Shown here piece after piece: positions 21,141 to 32,544 of a stretch of DNA of 64,000 nt (position 1 is its first letter; each line of letters starts with the position of its first letter). The position numbers and the translations under genes were made by a program. The notes under the pieces were generated by a model. It was not told where the DNA came from and made no database searches. It saw nothing but the letters and a program-made list of their open reading frames with translations. This DNA is from Gammaproteobacteria bacterium. Its GTDB lineage: Bacteria > Pseudomonadota > Gammaproteobacteria > G965277405. The stretch covers positions 1,440,001 through 1,504,000 of the forward strand of contig OZ255726.1 in assembly GCA_965277405.1 (NCBI GenBank). The letters run 5' to 3'.

Positions 21141-22295
21141 ATGGAATACGAAAAAAAAAATAGTAAGTCGTCAGCAATACACATCGATGACGAATTAAAC
21201 GAATACCTTGTGGCGGAATTATCGGCAAAAGAAGAGCAGCGGGTAGACGATGATGCCATGAACGCAATAGGTGAACAACAAGTCGACGCTATTGCAACGA
21301 TCAATAGTAATGCAGCGTTGCGTGCCGCCAATGCACAATCACTAACAATGCCTGTGGCTGACACGATGACAATGCAGGCAACCGAAGCGAAAGAAAAGCA
21401 AGAAAAAATAAAAATAACTTTTGGTCAGTTTCTAGGAGACACTCGCAAAAACAGAAAACTCGACATATCGCTGGTAGCTCAAGAAACCAAAATAAACAAA
21501 CAGTATTTATTGGCACTTGAACAAGAAAAATTTTCCGCTATTCCCACCACGACGTTTTTGTATGGTTACGCGCGGGCATATGCTCGATTTTTGCACATCA
21601 ACGAAAGTGTTGTTATCAAGCTACTTGTAGTTGCTATTAACAATAATAAAGAGTATGTAGTGACCAAGCCAACAGCGAGCACAATCAATCGCAACAATGG
21701 ATACGGACCATCAATAGATTATTCAAAAACGCAATTTAATCTTAACGAACATAGCAATAAAAATTTGTTTGCGTTCGGGATAATCGTTATCATTATTCTT
21801 GGTATTATGGGGGTTGTATTGTATCAGATGTTGCAAATGCCAACGCCAAGCAATACCACTGCAGTCATCGAAATTCCGCAAATGCCAGCTGAACCTCCTG
21901 CAATACCTAGCGAGGAAACTGTTTTTCCAGTTATTGATGAAAACGCTGAATTTACAATATCCCCGCAGCAGCCTGCAACTGATGCATTTACAGCAGGCAT
22001 AGATGACATTAATACCATAGGCAGCACTGAGCCTATAATACCAGTAGCAATAACAAAGAAAGTTGAGTTGATACTTGATGGCGAACATTGGGTGCAAATT
22101 TTAGAAAAAAACAATAACTTGGTGATTTCACAAAATTTTTATGGGCAACAAACACTTACATATATGGTAACGCCGCCAATTCGTATTACTTACGGAAATG
22201 CTGCAAGTGTAAGGCTGTGGTATGATGGCAAATTCATTGATACGCGTCAGTATAACAAGCGAAATGTTGTGCGGATTACCTTGGGGAAGCTCTGA
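21141..22295 (+). CDS. rodZ: RodZ-like HTH / TM / DUF4115 protein
   Basis: HTH region YLLALEQEKF...GYARAYARFL, one TM segment, C-terminal HWVQI...YGNAASV. The last codons and stop come from the MITE TIR. Confidence 0.82.
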   Translation: MEYEKKNSKSSAIHIDDELNEYLVAELSAKEEQRVDDDAMNAIGEQQVDAIATINSNAALRAANAQSLTMPVADTMTMQATEAKEKQEKIKITFGQFLGDTRKNRKLDISLVAQETKINKQYLLALEQEKFSAIPTTTFLYGYARAYARFLHINESVVIKLLVVAINNNKEYVVTKPTASTINRNNGYGPSIDYSKTQFNLNEHSNKNLFAFGIIVIIILGIMGVVLYQMLQMPTPSNTTAVIEIPQMPAEPPAIPSEETVFPVIDENAEFTISPQQPATDAFTAGIDDINTIGSTEPIIPVAITKKVELILDGEHWVQILEKNNNLVISQNFYGQQTLTYMVTPPIRITYGNAASVRLWYDGKFIDTRQYNKRNVVRITLGKL

Positions 22296-22576
22296 TTAAG
22301 TCCATGATGGGCGAGACGGAGAAAAAACGCTGATGAAATTTAAGCGCAGTACGCAGATAACACTGGTGGTCTTGTGGGTGTTGCCAAGTGCTGCAACGAC
22401 GCAGCGCAGCGTTTTTTCCCGGCCTTCTATTGAATATATGATGGTTTGCCTACAAGCGGTACTTGCTGTGTTGCATCCCTTGGCGTATATGCTATGGCAT
22501 GCGCCTGCGGAATGCGCCTTGCAATCATCAGCAATTTCCGCAAACTCGCTCCATCAGCGACTTAATCAGAGCTTCC
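22285..22576. mobile_element. MITE copy 2 (292 bp)
   Basis: GGAAGCTCTGATTAA...TTAATCAGAGCTTCC. Flanks TTGG/TTAG. Highly similar to 3654-3940. Confidence 0.9.
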
Positions 22577-22686
22577 TTAGGGAAACTCTAATTAGGATAT
22601 GCTGACCGTAGCGGATAACACCATAACCAGCAATGTTATAGCATAGTGCGTTATTGTTCTGAACATTTAGTGGCGGGTATCCAAGC

Positions 22687-23769
22687 ATGATGATGCAACG
22701 GCGTCATTCATTAGTTGTTCGTGTTGGTTCCTGCGTTGTTGGCGGCGATGCGCCAGTGAGTGTGCAAAGCATGACGAATACCCCAACGTCTGATGTTGTT
22801 GCGACTGTTGCGCAAATCAAACAACTTGAGCAAGCTGGCGCAGATATTGTTAGAATTTCTGTGCCAGATAGTGCTTGTGTCGCTGCGTTTACCGCAATTC
22901 GCCAACAAGTAGATATTCCGCTGGTTGCCGATATTCATTTTGATCATTCTATTGCACTTGAAGTAGCAAAAGTTGGTGCGGATTGTTTGCGGATTAACCC
23001 TGGCAATATTGGCTCCGAACGTAAAATAACCGAAGTTATTCAATGCGCGAAACACCTTGATATTCCAATTCGTATTGGCGTGAATGCAGGTTCTTTAGAG
23101 AAGGATTTACAACGCAAATATGGTGAGCCGACAGCAGCAGCGTTGGTCGAGTCGGCAATGCGCCATGTGTCAATTTTACAGCGCCATAAGTTTGCACATT
23201 TTAAAGTCAGCGTTAAAGCCTCAGATGTGGCAATGTCGGTTGATGCGTATACGGCATTAGCAAAAGAAATCGAGCAACCGTTGCACCTTGGGATTACTGA
23301 ATCTGGAGGTATCCGCAATGGCGCAGTGCGCTCGGCAATTGGGATAGGCATGTTATTAGCTCGAGGGATTGGCGATACTATTAGGGTATCGTTGGCAGCA
23401 GACCCTGTAGAAGAAGTCAAAGTCGGTTGGGATATGTTAAAAGCGCTCAAGCTGCGTAGTCGCGGGGTAAACTTGATTGCCTGCCCGAGTTGTTCTAGAC
23501 AGAATTTTGACGTGATTGGCACGGTCAACGCATTGGAACAACGGTTTGAAGACATTGTCGACCCGATTGATATCGCCATCATTGGCTGTTATGTAAATGG
23601 CCCAGGTGAGTCGCGAGAAGTTGCGTTGGGTGTCACTGGCGGACCAAAAGATAATCTTATTTTTAGTGACGGCAAACCTGCTGATCGTGTTTCCAACGCA
23701 GCATTGCTCGATACATTCGAAGCCATGGTTCGAAAAAAAATTCACGGTGGCAGCGCTCCAAATGTGTAG
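22687..23769 (+). CDS. ispG: HMBPP synthase (flavodoxin)
   Basis: [47 protein letters not shown]. Confidence 0.97.
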   Translation: MMMQRRHSLVVRVGSCVVGGDAPVSVQSMTNTPTSDVVATVAQIKQLEQAGADIVRISVPDSACVAAFTAIRQQVDIPLVADIHFDHSIALEVAKVGADCLRINPGNIGSERKITEVIQCAKHLDIPIRIGVNAGSLEKDLQRKYGEPTAAALVESAMRHVSILQRHKFAHFKVSVKASDVAMSVDAYTALAKEIEQPLHLGITESGGIRNGAVRSAIGIGMLLARGIGDTIRVSLAADPVEEVKVGWDMLKALKLRSRGVNLIACPSCSRQNFDVIGTVNALEQRFEDIVDPIDIAIIGCYVNGPGESREVALGVTGGPKDNLIFSDGKPADRVSNAALLDTFEAMVRKKIHGGSAPNV

Positions 23770-26032
23770 CGCCTTCATCACCACAGTTAAGCGTCAATAT
23801 CGCGGTACTATGTTGTCGCTATGTGCTGTATTTCTTGTTGGCTGTGCGACGCATGTAAGTAATGTTGAGTTTGAGGAAGCTAAGCAAACGCAACGCGTTG
23901 TTGAGGAAGCTAAGCAAACGCAACGCGTTGTTAAAGAAACTGCTATGGTGGAAATACACGCATGGAGTGATGATGAGCTGATATCTAGAGAAAACATTGA
24001 TAGCACAGAAAACTTTAGCGTTGCAACTGATATAGCAGAACTTGAGGGAGCAGCAGAGAATGTTGCAGCAAAATATACAGCAGCGCGATCGTTATATAAT
24101 TTGCAACTATACGCGCTGGCACTTTCAGAGTTACATAGCGCCCCACAGCCAGAATCACTCTATGACCAGCAGCATGTCGATTGGCGGCGACTTGAATTTA
24201 AGTTGTGTCAATTCATGTACGACACCCGGTGCATTATTGATAGTGCCGCGTCGTTATTTCTGTTGGTGAATAGCACAGAAAAACAACAAATCAATGATGC
24301 TGCCCTGCGAACATTGTTAGCAATCCCACCATTTGTTTTCAACCAACAATGGCGAGAATATCAAGCAGCACAGGCTGTCGGCGAGACATCAACAGCAGAT
24401 ATTATTGAAATTGGCGATGTGTCGAAAAAACTATTCATTGGCAATGAAGGGCAGATTCACATGCTCCCAGGCCAGATTGACAAGCGCGGGCTATTCGCTG
24501 GTTGGGCTGCATTATTACGCTTGCTGCGCTTTGACTTGCAACACAGTGATGAGCTATTTCAAGGGTTTTCACAATGGCAGGCTACACATCCATCACACCC
24601 ACTAGCCATTGTTCCACCATTACTATTACAACCACAGCTGGTAGCAATACAGCCAATCCGCAATGTAGCGGTAATGCTACCATTTAGCGGAGGATTGCAA
24701 GCCATTGGTAAAACGATCCAACAGGGTATGCAAACGACGGCGTCAACATTGTTGCAATACCAATTTTATAATGTCTACGATGCAGCATCGCTGCAACTAG
24801 CGATTGCTACGATAGAGCAGAGTCCTGTAGATATTATTCTTGGACCGATTCAATCACCGTTGATTAAAACACTGCTACAACAGCATTGTTGTACCCCAGT
24901 CATCGCTTTCAATACCGTTTCCGTCAATCCGAATTTTGTTACCAATCAGAATTATTGGCAATATGGATTATTTCAACGCGACGATATAGACAGAATCGCC
25001 TATGCAATCACCCAAACGGATCAATTACCCAAGCAAATAAACGCGTATGCACTGACAGCAAGTTCAACCGAGCCAAAAGATATTGATCGTTTATTATTAG
25101 ACTGGCAGTTGCTGAATCACAAAATTTTGCCGCAATCTTTTAAGAAGATTAGTCAATTAAATGAATATATTTCAAGACTTACTGGTGTCAGCGGGGTTGA
25201 TATAAAAAAATTAAAAGCACTGAATAGACAACATAAAAAATTGATGGAACGTGCTGCTCTGCTGCCCCCCCTTGTCAATATATTACAAGATGCAATCCGT
25301 GCAGACCGGCAATTGCGCATAGCAGAACAACAACAGCTGCAGGACTATTTAGATACCAGCGCGGATATTACATTACAGTCTACTGCAAAGACGATATTTG
25401 ATGAAGCTAATAGCGTAGCTCAAAATTTGCGGCGGATTAACATGCAGTTGGATAACATCCAGAAAAAAGTGTCGATAAACTTTCTTGTGTATTTGGGAAA
25501 TGCAACAGGCAGTAGGCAATTAAGACCTTCGCTTAATTTTTATCTGGCAGAGGATATTCCTGTATATATGACATCACGCGGTTTCAAGATTGGTAGTGAT
25601 GCAATTACCAAGCGTGATTTACACGGAGTTTTTTTTAGCGATATTCCCAAGGTGAATATACCAGTTGAATACTGGGGCTATCCACTCAAAAAACCAGTGG
25701 AACAGAGTTTAGTGCGGTTGTATGCAATGGGCTTGGATGCAGGACGGCTTGCCCAGCAGTTTCGGTTTCTTTCGCAACATTCTGGTGTTTTAGTCGCTGG
25801 AGACACAGGCAGAATCGGCTTTGATAACGACAAAAAGCAGATCATCCGCATTCCTGCGATGTTTATGGTGATGAATGAGAAAATCAAAGCGTATGACCCA
25901 GATGCCATTGCATGCTTACCACCTGCTATAGATAGCCTAACAAATGCTAAATTTCCAACGCAAACAACTGACACAGAAAAAGATATGGCGTTTACTCGGC
26001 GGCAAAACACGATTTATATCAACTGTAACTGA
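23762..26032 (+). CDS. LpoA/LppC-family penicillin-binding protein activator lipoprotein (divergent)
   Basis: Lipobox [36 protein letters not shown]. Followed by yraN as in typical lpoA loci. Contains a 30-bp tandem duplication at 23871-23930. Confidence 0.72.
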   Translation: MCSAFITTVKRQYRGTMLSLCAVFLVGCATHVSNVEFEEAKQTQRVVEEAKQTQRVVKETAMVEIHAWSDDELISRENIDSTENFSVATDIAELEGAAENVAAKYTAARSLYNLQLYALALSELHSAPQPESLYDQQHVDWRRLEFKLCQFMYDTRCIIDSAASLFLLVNSTEKQQINDAALRTLLAIPPFVFNQQWREYQAAQAVGETSTADIIEIGDVSKKLFIGNEGQIHMLPGQIDKRGLFAGWAALLRLLRFDLQHSDELFQGFSQWQATHPSHPLAIVPPLLLQPQLVAIQPIRNVAVMLPFSGGLQAIGKTIQQGMQTTASTLLQYQFYNVYDAASLQLAIATIEQSPVDIILGPIQSPLIKTLLQQHCCTPVIAFNTVSVNPNFVTNQNYWQYGLFQRDDIDRIAYAITQTDQLPKQINAYALTASSTEPKDIDRLLLDWQLLNHKILPQSFKKISQLNEYISRLTGVSGVDIKKLKALNRQHKKLMERAALLPPLVNILQDAIRADRQLRIAEQQQLQDYLDTSADITLQSTAKTIFDEANSVAQNLRRINMQLDNIQKKVSINFLVYLGNATGSRQLRPSLNFYLAEDIPVYMTSRGFKIGSDAITKRDLHGVFFSDIPKVNIPVEYWGYPLKKPVEQSLVRLYAMGLDAGRLAQQFRFLSQHSGVLVAGDTGRIGFDNDKKQIIRIPAMFMVMNEKIKAYDPDAIACLPPAIDSLTNAKFPTQTTDTEKDMAFTRRQNTIYINCN

Positions 26033-26393
26033 ATACATTGCGCGCTGGTATTTGCGGGCGCACGGGGTGTCGATTGTTGCCTGTAACTACGGTTTCTTGC
26101 AACCACCTATGGCAATAGCAACAACAAAGCCACGCTTTCGTGGCGGTGAGATCGATATTATCGGCAGCCACCATGGAGTGCTGGTGTTTATTGAGGTGCG
26201 TTTTCGCAGAAATACATTGTTTTCTACTCCACTTGAATCGATAAGCAAAAAAAAATTTTATACTATGCAGCGAACGGCGCAAAAGTATAGAAACCAGACC
26301 GCTACACAACACATGCCGTGCCGATTTGACTGTATAGCGCTGGTGCTGCATCCTCCATCGATAACATGGTTTAAGGGCATCGCAGCAAAGTAA
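25944..26393 (+). CDS. yraN: YraN-family (UPF0102) protein, start uncertain
   Basis: RGGEIDII....LVFIEVRFR, PCRFDCI. Confidence 0.85.
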   Translation: MLNFQRKQLTQKKIWRLLGGKTRFISTVTEYIARWYLRAHGVSIVACNYGFLQPPMAIATTKPRFRGGEIDIIGSHHGVLVFIEVRFRRNTLFSTPLESISKKKFYTMQRTAQKYRNQTATQHMPCRFDCIALVLHPPSITWFKGIAAK

Positions 26394-26422
26394 TATCTTA
26401 AAACTGCAAGATAGCACCACTT

Positions 26423-27514
26423 ATGAAGCCACAAATACCCACACATATTCAATCATTACCCGCCTACCAAGGCGGAAAACCTATTGAAGAGGTTAAACGA
26501 GATTATGGTGTAGCTATAATTTATAAACTCGCGAGTAATGAATCGCATTTGCCGCCAAGCCAGAGGGTAATGGCAGCAATGCGGCATTCATTAGCAACAG
26601 TTGCTCAGTATCCAGACGGCAATGGCTGGAATCTCAAACAAGCACTTGCTAAAAAACATAGCATTGAAATCTCACAAATCACCATCGGCAATGGCTCGAG
26701 TGAAATTTTTGATTTTATGCTCCGCGTATTTGCAACAACAGGCGATTCAATAGTAGTCAGCGAATATGCGTTCATCATGTATAAACTTGTGGCGCAATCG
26801 TTGGGGGTTCGCTGCATCGTTGCCCCAGCGCTTAAGTATGGGCATGACTTAGACGCGATGTTAGCCGCGATTGACGACAGCACCCGCATTGTGTTTGTAG
26901 CCAACCCCAACAACCCTACTGGTACCATGATTGATCGAGATGATGTTCATACGTTCTGTCATCAAGTTCCAGAGCACATCATGATAGTGATTGATGAGGC
27001 CTACATCGATTTTGAAGACGATAGCGATAATTCGTTACCATGGATCAGCCAGCTGCCAAATATCGTGGTCAGCCGAACATTTTCCAAGGCGTTTGCGCTC
27101 GCTGGGATGCGCGTCGGCTATGCAATAAGCTCGGCTGCAGTGGCAGAACTGATGAATAGAGTCCGACCGCCATTTAATGTCACCACGCCAGCACTTGCAG
27201 CCGCGACGGCTGCGTGTCAAGAAGACGCATGGCTGGTAAATAGTGTGGAGCAACGCCATGTTGGCTGCCAACTGCTGCGCAGTATAAGTGCAGCGCTTGA
27301 GCTTAAAACGCTTGGTGCTCATGGTAATTTTGTTACCATACAACTGCCTGAGAACACCACAGCAGGACAAGTAAGCCACGATTTACTCGAGCATGGCTAT
27401 ATCACCAGAGATCTGACGAATTATGGCATGCCAGCTTATCTGCGCGTCAGTCTTGCAGATAATGCTGTGCTCAACAGTTTTGCAGTAGCTTTTCGCTCAG
27501 TATTGGGACGATGA
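26423..27514 (+). CDS. hisC: Histidinol-phosphate aminotransferase
   Basis: YQGGKPI, KLASNE, NPNNPTG, IDEAY, RTFSKAFALAGMRVGY. Confidence 0.93.
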   Translation: MKPQIPTHIQSLPAYQGGKPIEEVKRDYGVAIIYKLASNESHLPPSQRVMAAMRHSLATVAQYPDGNGWNLKQALAKKHSIEISQITIGNGSSEIFDFMLRVFATTGDSIVVSEYAFIMYKLVAQSLGVRCIVAPALKYGHDLDAMLAAIDDSTRIVFVANPNNPTGTMIDRDDVHTFCHQVPEHIMIVIDEAYIDFEDDSDNSLPWISQLPNIVVSRTFSKAFALAGMRVGYAISSAAVAELMNRVRPPFNVTTPALAAATAACQEDAWLVNSVEQRHVGCQLLRSISAALELKTLGAHGNFVTIQLPENTTAGQVSHDLLEHGYITRDLTNYGMPAYLRVSLADNAVLNSFAVAFRSVLGR

Positions 27515-29775
27515 ATACAGTCGTTTGCATTGTTGGTCTTGGCTTGATTGGCGGCTCGCTCGGCAAAGGGCTGCGCGCCAAAGGCTATGCCAGAGTTATT
27601 GGCGTCGACACCCATCTACCAAGTATCCAGCAGGCCAAAGCAGTTGGAGCGATTGATGAAATAGTTAGTTTAGCAGATGGATTAGCTCGCGCTGACATTG
27701 TTGTATTAGCCACCCCAGTACAAACATTTGCACAACTGGCACAGGCATGCGCGCAGCATTGTCAAAGCCATACCATCATCACCGATGTCGGCAGCACCAA
27801 GGTTAGCATGATTGCAGCATTCAAGCGCGCGTTTGCTGGGGTTCTCCCGCCACGGGTCATTCCAGCCCATCCCCTAGCAGGTGGCGAGCGGGTTGGCATC
27901 AATGCCGCGCAAGCCAGTTTATTTGAACATGCATTAGTGTTTTTAATCCGTGAAGAAGGCTGCGATTCACCAGCATTTCAAGCAGTGTTTGAAATGTGGA
28001 AAACCCTCGGCGCATCTCCTGTTGTGCTCAGCAGTGAATACCATGATCAAGTGCTCGCTGCGACCAGCCATTTACCCCATTTGCTTTCTTTTGCCTTGGT
28101 TGAGTTTTTAGCGAGTAAAAGTGAAAAATATGATATTTTTCGTTTCGCCAGTGGTGGATTTCGTGATTTCACCCGCATCGCATCGAGCAGCCCAGCGATG
28201 TGGCGCGACATTTTTTTAGCAAACAAACAACCAATACTTGAGCAAATTCGAGGGTTGCAACAAACACTCACTACCTTTGCGACAAAAATTGAGAACGAAG
28301 ATGCACAAGGGCTTGAACAATCATTACTGATAGCAAAAACAGCACGGGACTATTACGCACAAGGGCTTATGAAAAAACAACGTCGACCACAGCGCACTGC
28401 TGCAGCAATAACATGGAAATGCAGCGGCAAGCAACTCCAAGGTCAAATTGATATTCCTGGTGATAAATCTATTTCGCATCGTGCCATGATGCTTGGTGCT
28501 GTGGCAGAAGGTAGTACCAACATTCGCAATTTTTTAGAAAGCGAGGACTGCATGGCTACCTTGAATGCGTTTATTGATATGGGGGTTGCAATTGAAGGCC
28601 CGTTTCAAGGCAGTGTACACATTCATGGTGTCGGTCTGCGAGGTCTGCGCACTCCATTACGCCCGCTTGAAATGGGTAACTCTGGCACAGGGATGCGCTT
28701 GCTGGCAGGGCTGCTTGCTGGGCAAACATTTAGCAGTCAAATTCAAGGAGATGAGTCGTTAAATAGCAGACCAATGCAGCGGATTATTACCCCGCTGCGC
28801 CAGATGGCAGCCAACATTGCTGGTACACAAACAGGAACAGCTCCGTTGTTGATTGATGCAAGTGAACAGCTCCTAGGGATTCACTACGAGCTGCCTGTCG
28901 CCAGTGCTCAGGTAAAGTCAGCGCTATTGTTGGCGGGGATGTATGCTGATGCGGCTACGGTTATTCGCTCAAAACAAGTTACCAGAGACCATACCGAACG
29001 GATGATGCGCGCCTTTGATTGTCGTATTCAAGCTACATTTATCGATGGTATGTATACACAAACACTGCAAGGGCATGCACGACCACGTGGCTGTGACATT
29101 CGCGTCCCAGGCGATATTTCATCTGCTGCATTTTTTATTGGTGGCGCGTGTATCGCCCCGAATAGTTCATTAGTATTGCGTAATGTTGGGATAAACCCAA
29201 CGCGCGACGGGATACTAACAATCCTCAAAGCAATGGGTGCTCATATAACTTTTACAAATGCAACTGGAGACGATTTTGAGCCAGTAGCAGATATTGAAAT
29301 CGAACACCGCCGCCTGGTTGGTATCGATGTGCCTGCGGTGTTAGTGCCGCTGGCAATCGACGAGCTACCCTTGATTATGGCAGTTGCCGCGTGTGCCGAT
29401 GGGGTGACTACCATCCGCGGTGCCGCAGAATTGCGGGTGAAGGAATCAGACAGAATTGCGGCAATGGTGGATGGACTGCAAGTGCTGGGACTGACCGCAG
29501 AAGCGACTGCGGACGGTGCAATTATCCAAGGGGTTGGTCACGGTAATACCGTGTCTGGTGGCACGGTCAATAGTCAAGGAGACCATCGTATCGCTATGGC
29601 ATTTACGATGTTGGCGTTGCGCAGTTCTGCCCCAATCATAATTGAAGATTGCGCAAATGTTGCTACGTCGTTTCCGAATTTCGCGGTGCTGGCAAGACAA
29701 ACTGGTATTACCATTGAAGTTAAAGAGCCGTTGCAGCAATCTTGCAGCGGCGGGTCAGATGCACCGCTGCTGTAA
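27511..29775 (+). CDS. aroA: Bifunctional prephenate dehydrogenase / EPSP synthase (TyrA-AroA)
   Basis: N-half GLGLIGGS, TDVGSTK, SHLPH, GGFRDFTRIA. C-half PGDKSISHR, GNSGT, RVKESDRI, DHRIAM. Confidence 0.95.
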   Translation: MNTVVCIVGLGLIGGSLGKGLRAKGYARVIGVDTHLPSIQQAKAVGAIDEIVSLADGLARADIVVLATPVQTFAQLAQACAQHCQSHTIITDVGSTKVSMIAAFKRAFAGVLPPRVIPAHPLAGGERVGINAAQASLFEHALVFLIREEGCDSPAFQAVFEMWKTLGASPVVLSSEYHDQVLAATSHLPHLLSFALVEFLASKSEKYDIFRFASGGFRDFTRIASSSPAMWRDIFLANKQPILEQIRGLQQTLTTFATKIENEDAQGLEQSLLIAKTARDYYAQGLMKKQRRPQRTAAAITWKCSGKQLQGQIDIPGDKSISHRAMMLGAVAEGSTNIRNFLESEDCMATLNAFIDMGVAIEGPFQGSVHIHGVGLRGLRTPLRPLEMGNSGTGMRLLAGLLAGQTFSSQIQGDESLNSRPMQRIITPLRQMAANIAGTQTGTAPLLIDASEQLLGIHYELPVASAQVKSALLLAGMYADAATVIRSKQVTRDHTERMMRAFDCRIQATFIDGMYTQTLQGHARPRGCDIRVPGDISSAAFFIGGACIAPNSSLVLRNVGINPTRDGILTILKAMGAHITFTNATGDDFEPVADIEIEHRRLVGIDVPAVLVPLAIDELPLIMAVAACADGVTTIRGAAELRVKESDRIAAMVDGLQVLGLTAEATADGAIIQGVGHGNTVSGGTVNSQGDHRIAMAFTMLALRSSAPIIIEDCANVATSFPNFAVLARQTGITIEVKEPLQQSCSGGSDAPLL

Positions 29776-29828
29776 AGAACCAGGCAATAGCTGTTGGCAA
29801 ACTCGATGGCAATTTTGAGATTTTTTTA

Positions 29829-30467
29829 ATGAAGGTACGCATCATCACCATAGATGGACCAAGCGGGGTTGGTAAAGGCACGCTTGCAAAAAAAATTGCC
29901 GCTGTCTATGGCTATCATGTATTAGCAAGCGGGATGTTATACCGCGCGGTTGCTTTGATCGCCCAACAACGGCAATGTTTTGATGTTGAGCAATTACTGC
30001 CGCATTTACACCAGCTAGATTTATGTTGGCAGCAGCAACGCTATATTCTCAATGGTGAAGATGTGCACGGCGCACTCACCACAGAACAAACAGCGAAAAA
30101 CGCGTCTAAGCTCTCGAGTGACAGGCGGATTCGTGCGGCATTAGTCCAACGGCAACGCGATTTTGCCAAGCCGCCTGGGCTTGTTGCTGAAGGGCGGGAT
30201 ATGGGAACAATAGTGTTTGCTGATGCACAGATTAAAATATATTTAACAGCGTCTGTTGCCTGCAGAGCACAACGCCGCGCCGCGCAATTACAAGATGGCG
30301 ATATTCAAGCGATTACCCAACTAATGATTGAACGCGACAGACGAGATACGCAGCGCAGCCAAGCACCACTCAAACCAGCAGGCGATGCTGTCATTATAAA
30401 TACCAGCGCGCTTTCGTTCCAACAAGTCTTTGAAAAAACGCAAGGAATTATTCAAGGTGAGTTGTAA
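29829..30467 (+). CDS. cmk: Cytidylate kinase
   Basis: ITIDGPSGVGKGT, LVAEGRDMGTIVF, ERDRRD. Confidence 0.93.
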   Translation: MKVRIITIDGPSGVGKGTLAKKIAAVYGYHVLASGMLYRAVALIAQQRQCFDVEQLLPHLHQLDLCWQQQRYILNGEDVHGALTTEQTAKNASKLSSDRRIRAALVQRQRDFAKPPGLVAEGRDMGTIVFADAQIKIYLTASVACRAQRRAAQLQDGDIQAITQLMIERDRRDTQRSQAPLKPAGDAVIINTSALSFQQVFEKTQGIIQGEL

Positions 30468-31209
30468 CGACGCATTGTTTGCGCAAATACGGTTTGTGTT
30501 GGTCGAAACCAGCCATCCTGGCAATATTGGTGCCGCAGCCAGAGCTATGAAAGTGATGGGGTTTCACCACCTGGTGTTGGTGCGTCCAAAAAAATTTCCC
30601 CATCCACAAGCGTTTTGGCGGGCAAAACATGCTGAAGACATTGTCGAAAATGCTGTTGTTGTCGCCACGTTAGCACAAGCAGTGGCCGACTGCCATTTTG
30701 TATATGGCACCAGTGCACGGCAACGCAGCTTACCATGGCCACGACAAAGTGCTCGGGCCTGTGCGCGTGATGCATATGCCGCGTTGCAGAGCAACGCTAA
30801 GACATCAATTGCTTTTGTTTTTGGTCGTGAAGATAGCGGTTTGAATAATGAGGAGTTGCAGCGCTGCACCAAACATGCCACAATTCCTGCCAATCGGCGG
30901 TATTCGTCATTGAACTTGGCGCAAGCGGTGCAAATTATTGCATATGAGTTGTTTCAATTGGCTGAGGAATCGCCACCACAAGTACCTGGCTCAGAGGACT
31001 GGGACGCGCCTGTTGCTCCGCAACACCAAGTGGAATTACTCCTCAAACATCTGGAACAAGTGCTGACACAAATTGAATTTTTTGATCAAGATAATCCGCG
31101 CAAACTCATGCCGAGAATGCGCAGGTTTTTTCAACGAGCCGTGCTCGATACTAATGAAGTAGGTATCTGGCGTGGCATACTGACCAGCATGCAAAAAAAT
31201 TGTAAATAA
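30457..31209 (+). CDS. trmJ: tRNA (C/U32)-2'-O-methyltransferase
   Basis: VLVETSHPGNIGAAARAMK, FGRE.SGL.NEE, YSSLNLAQAVQ. Confidence 0.92.
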   Translation: MSCNDALFAQIRFVLVETSHPGNIGAAARAMKVMGFHHLVLVRPKKFPHPQAFWRAKHAEDIVENAVVVATLAQAVADCHFVYGTSARQRSLPWPRQSARACARDAYAALQSNAKTSIAFVFGREDSGLNNEELQRCTKHATIPANRRYSSLNLAQAVQIIAYELFQLAEESPPQVPGSEDWDAPVAPQHQVELLLKHLEQVLTQIEFFDQDNPRKLMPRMRRFFQRAVLDTNEVGIWRGILTSMQKNCK

Positions 31210-31228
31210 TTGAACTGTTATAAATACA

Positions 31229-31867
31229 ATGATTCATTTGATAGAAGATATCCAAACGATTCGCAGGCTTGACCCTGCATCACCTAATTCAATTGAAATT
31301 GTTTTAACATATGGTGGTCTCCACGCCATCTGGCTGTATCGAATCGGCCATAGGCTATGCCGTTGGCGGTTGCGGGTGTTGGGGCTGATGTTGTCGTATC
31401 TTGCCAAAATGATTACTGGGATAGAAATCCATCCGTCAGCAACAATTGGGCGACGATTTTTTATCGATCACGGTAGCGGCATTGTGATTGGTGGTACGGC
31501 TGTCATTGGCGATAATTGCACGTTATATCAAGGTGTAACTCTGGGTGGAATTTCGCTTGACCCAACAAAAAAACGTCATCCAACCCTAGAGGACTTTGTT
31601 ACTGTAGGTGCAGGCGCAAAAATACTTGGTGATATTGTGGTTGGTGCACACGCACAGATAGGCTCAAATGCTGTGGTGACCAAGCCCGTACCTGCAGGGG
31701 CGACAGTGATTGGCGTGCCTGGGCAGGTTGCCAACAAAACCAAAAAAAGTACGGCATTTCACCAATATGCGCACGACCCAAAATGTATTGACCCAATGCT
31801 GCAGCGGCTCAACGCCTTAGAAAAAGAAATCAAAGCGTTACAAGCTCAGCTCAAGAACGAGGAATAA
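31229..31867 (+). CDS. cysE: Serine O-acetyltransferase
   Basis: TGIEIHPSA.IGRRFFIDHG, KRHPTL, hexapeptide repeats. Confidence 0.93.
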   Translation: MIHLIEDIQTIRRLDPASPNSIEIVLTYGGLHAIWLYRIGHRLCRWRLRVLGLMLSYLAKMITGIEIHPSATIGRRFFIDHGSGIVIGGTAVIGDNCTLYQGVTLGGISLDPTKKRHPTLEDFVTVGAGAKILGDIVVGAHAQIGSNAVVTKPVPAGATVIGVPGQVANKTKKSTAFHQYAHDPKCIDPMLQRLNALEKEIKALQAQLKNEE

Positions 31868-31868
31868 C

Positions 31869-32495
31869 GTGGCGGCCCCTGTTTCTTTGCGAAAACGTTG
31901 CTTGTTGCAAGCATTGTGGTGGTGGATGCAGACATGGCGCTACGATGCCTTTCAGCTTGATTGCGAGCCAGCCGTAGTTGTGTTATGGCACCGCGATATT
32001 TTGCCGTTGCTGATGGTGACTGCAAACAACGACTTTGTCTGTCCGTTGAGTTCGAGTCGCGATGGGCAAATGCTGACCCATATTATCCAAAAGCAGCAAA
32101 ATATTCGTTATGTTTTTGGGTCATCAAACCGGCGCACAGTGCCAATGTTGCGTGGACTAATCCGCGCATTGGCGCAAGGAAAGAATATTTTTTTTGCCGC
32201 AGATGGTCCGAGGGGGCCAATGTTTATTGCCAAACAAGGACCGGTGTTTATTGCCAATCGTGCCGACGTTCCAATCGTATTGCTGTGCGCAAAGTTTACT
32301 GGTGGGCTGCGTTTTAGCAAGATGTGGGACGCTACAATCATTCCATGGCCGTGGAGCAAAATTAGCTTTGCTGCGCAACGTTTTGTATTGCCTGCGGATG
32401 TCAAAAAAGAACAAATTCCCCTGTATAGCCAACAGCTCAGTGAGCAACTCAACGCGGTAAATAGATGCAATGGTCGCGACACATGGAAGCGCTGA
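31869..32495 (+). CDS. DUF374 / lysophospholipid acyltransferase-like protein
   Basis: LWH, SSSRDG, GSSNR, DGPRGP, WD..IIP.PWS. Confidence 0.8.
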   Translation: MAAPVSLRKRCLLQALWWWMQTWRYDAFQLDCEPAVVVLWHRDILPLLMVTANNDFVCPLSSSRDGQMLTHIIQKQQNIRYVFGSSNRRTVPMLRGLIRALAQGKNIFFAADGPRGPMFIAKQGPVFIANRADVPIVLLCAKFTGGLRFSKMWDATIIPWPWSKISFAAQRFVLPADVKKEQIPLYSQQLSEQLNAVNRCNGRDTWKR

Positions 32496-32513
32496 TTAAC
32501 TCGCTGATTGAGC
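32485..32513. mobile_element. Isolated MITE end that supplies the DUF374 stop codon
   Basis: GGAAGCGCTGATTAACTCGCTGATTGAGC matches the start of the copy at 41805 with one mismatch. Confidence 0.75.
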
Positions 32514-32544
32514 AATATAACCGCAACAATAGTATGATACTGCA

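Noticed and set aside
27511-29775. TyrA-AroA fusion as a novelty
   Set aside because: It is well known in Pseudomonadales-type hisC-tyrA/aroA-cmk operons.
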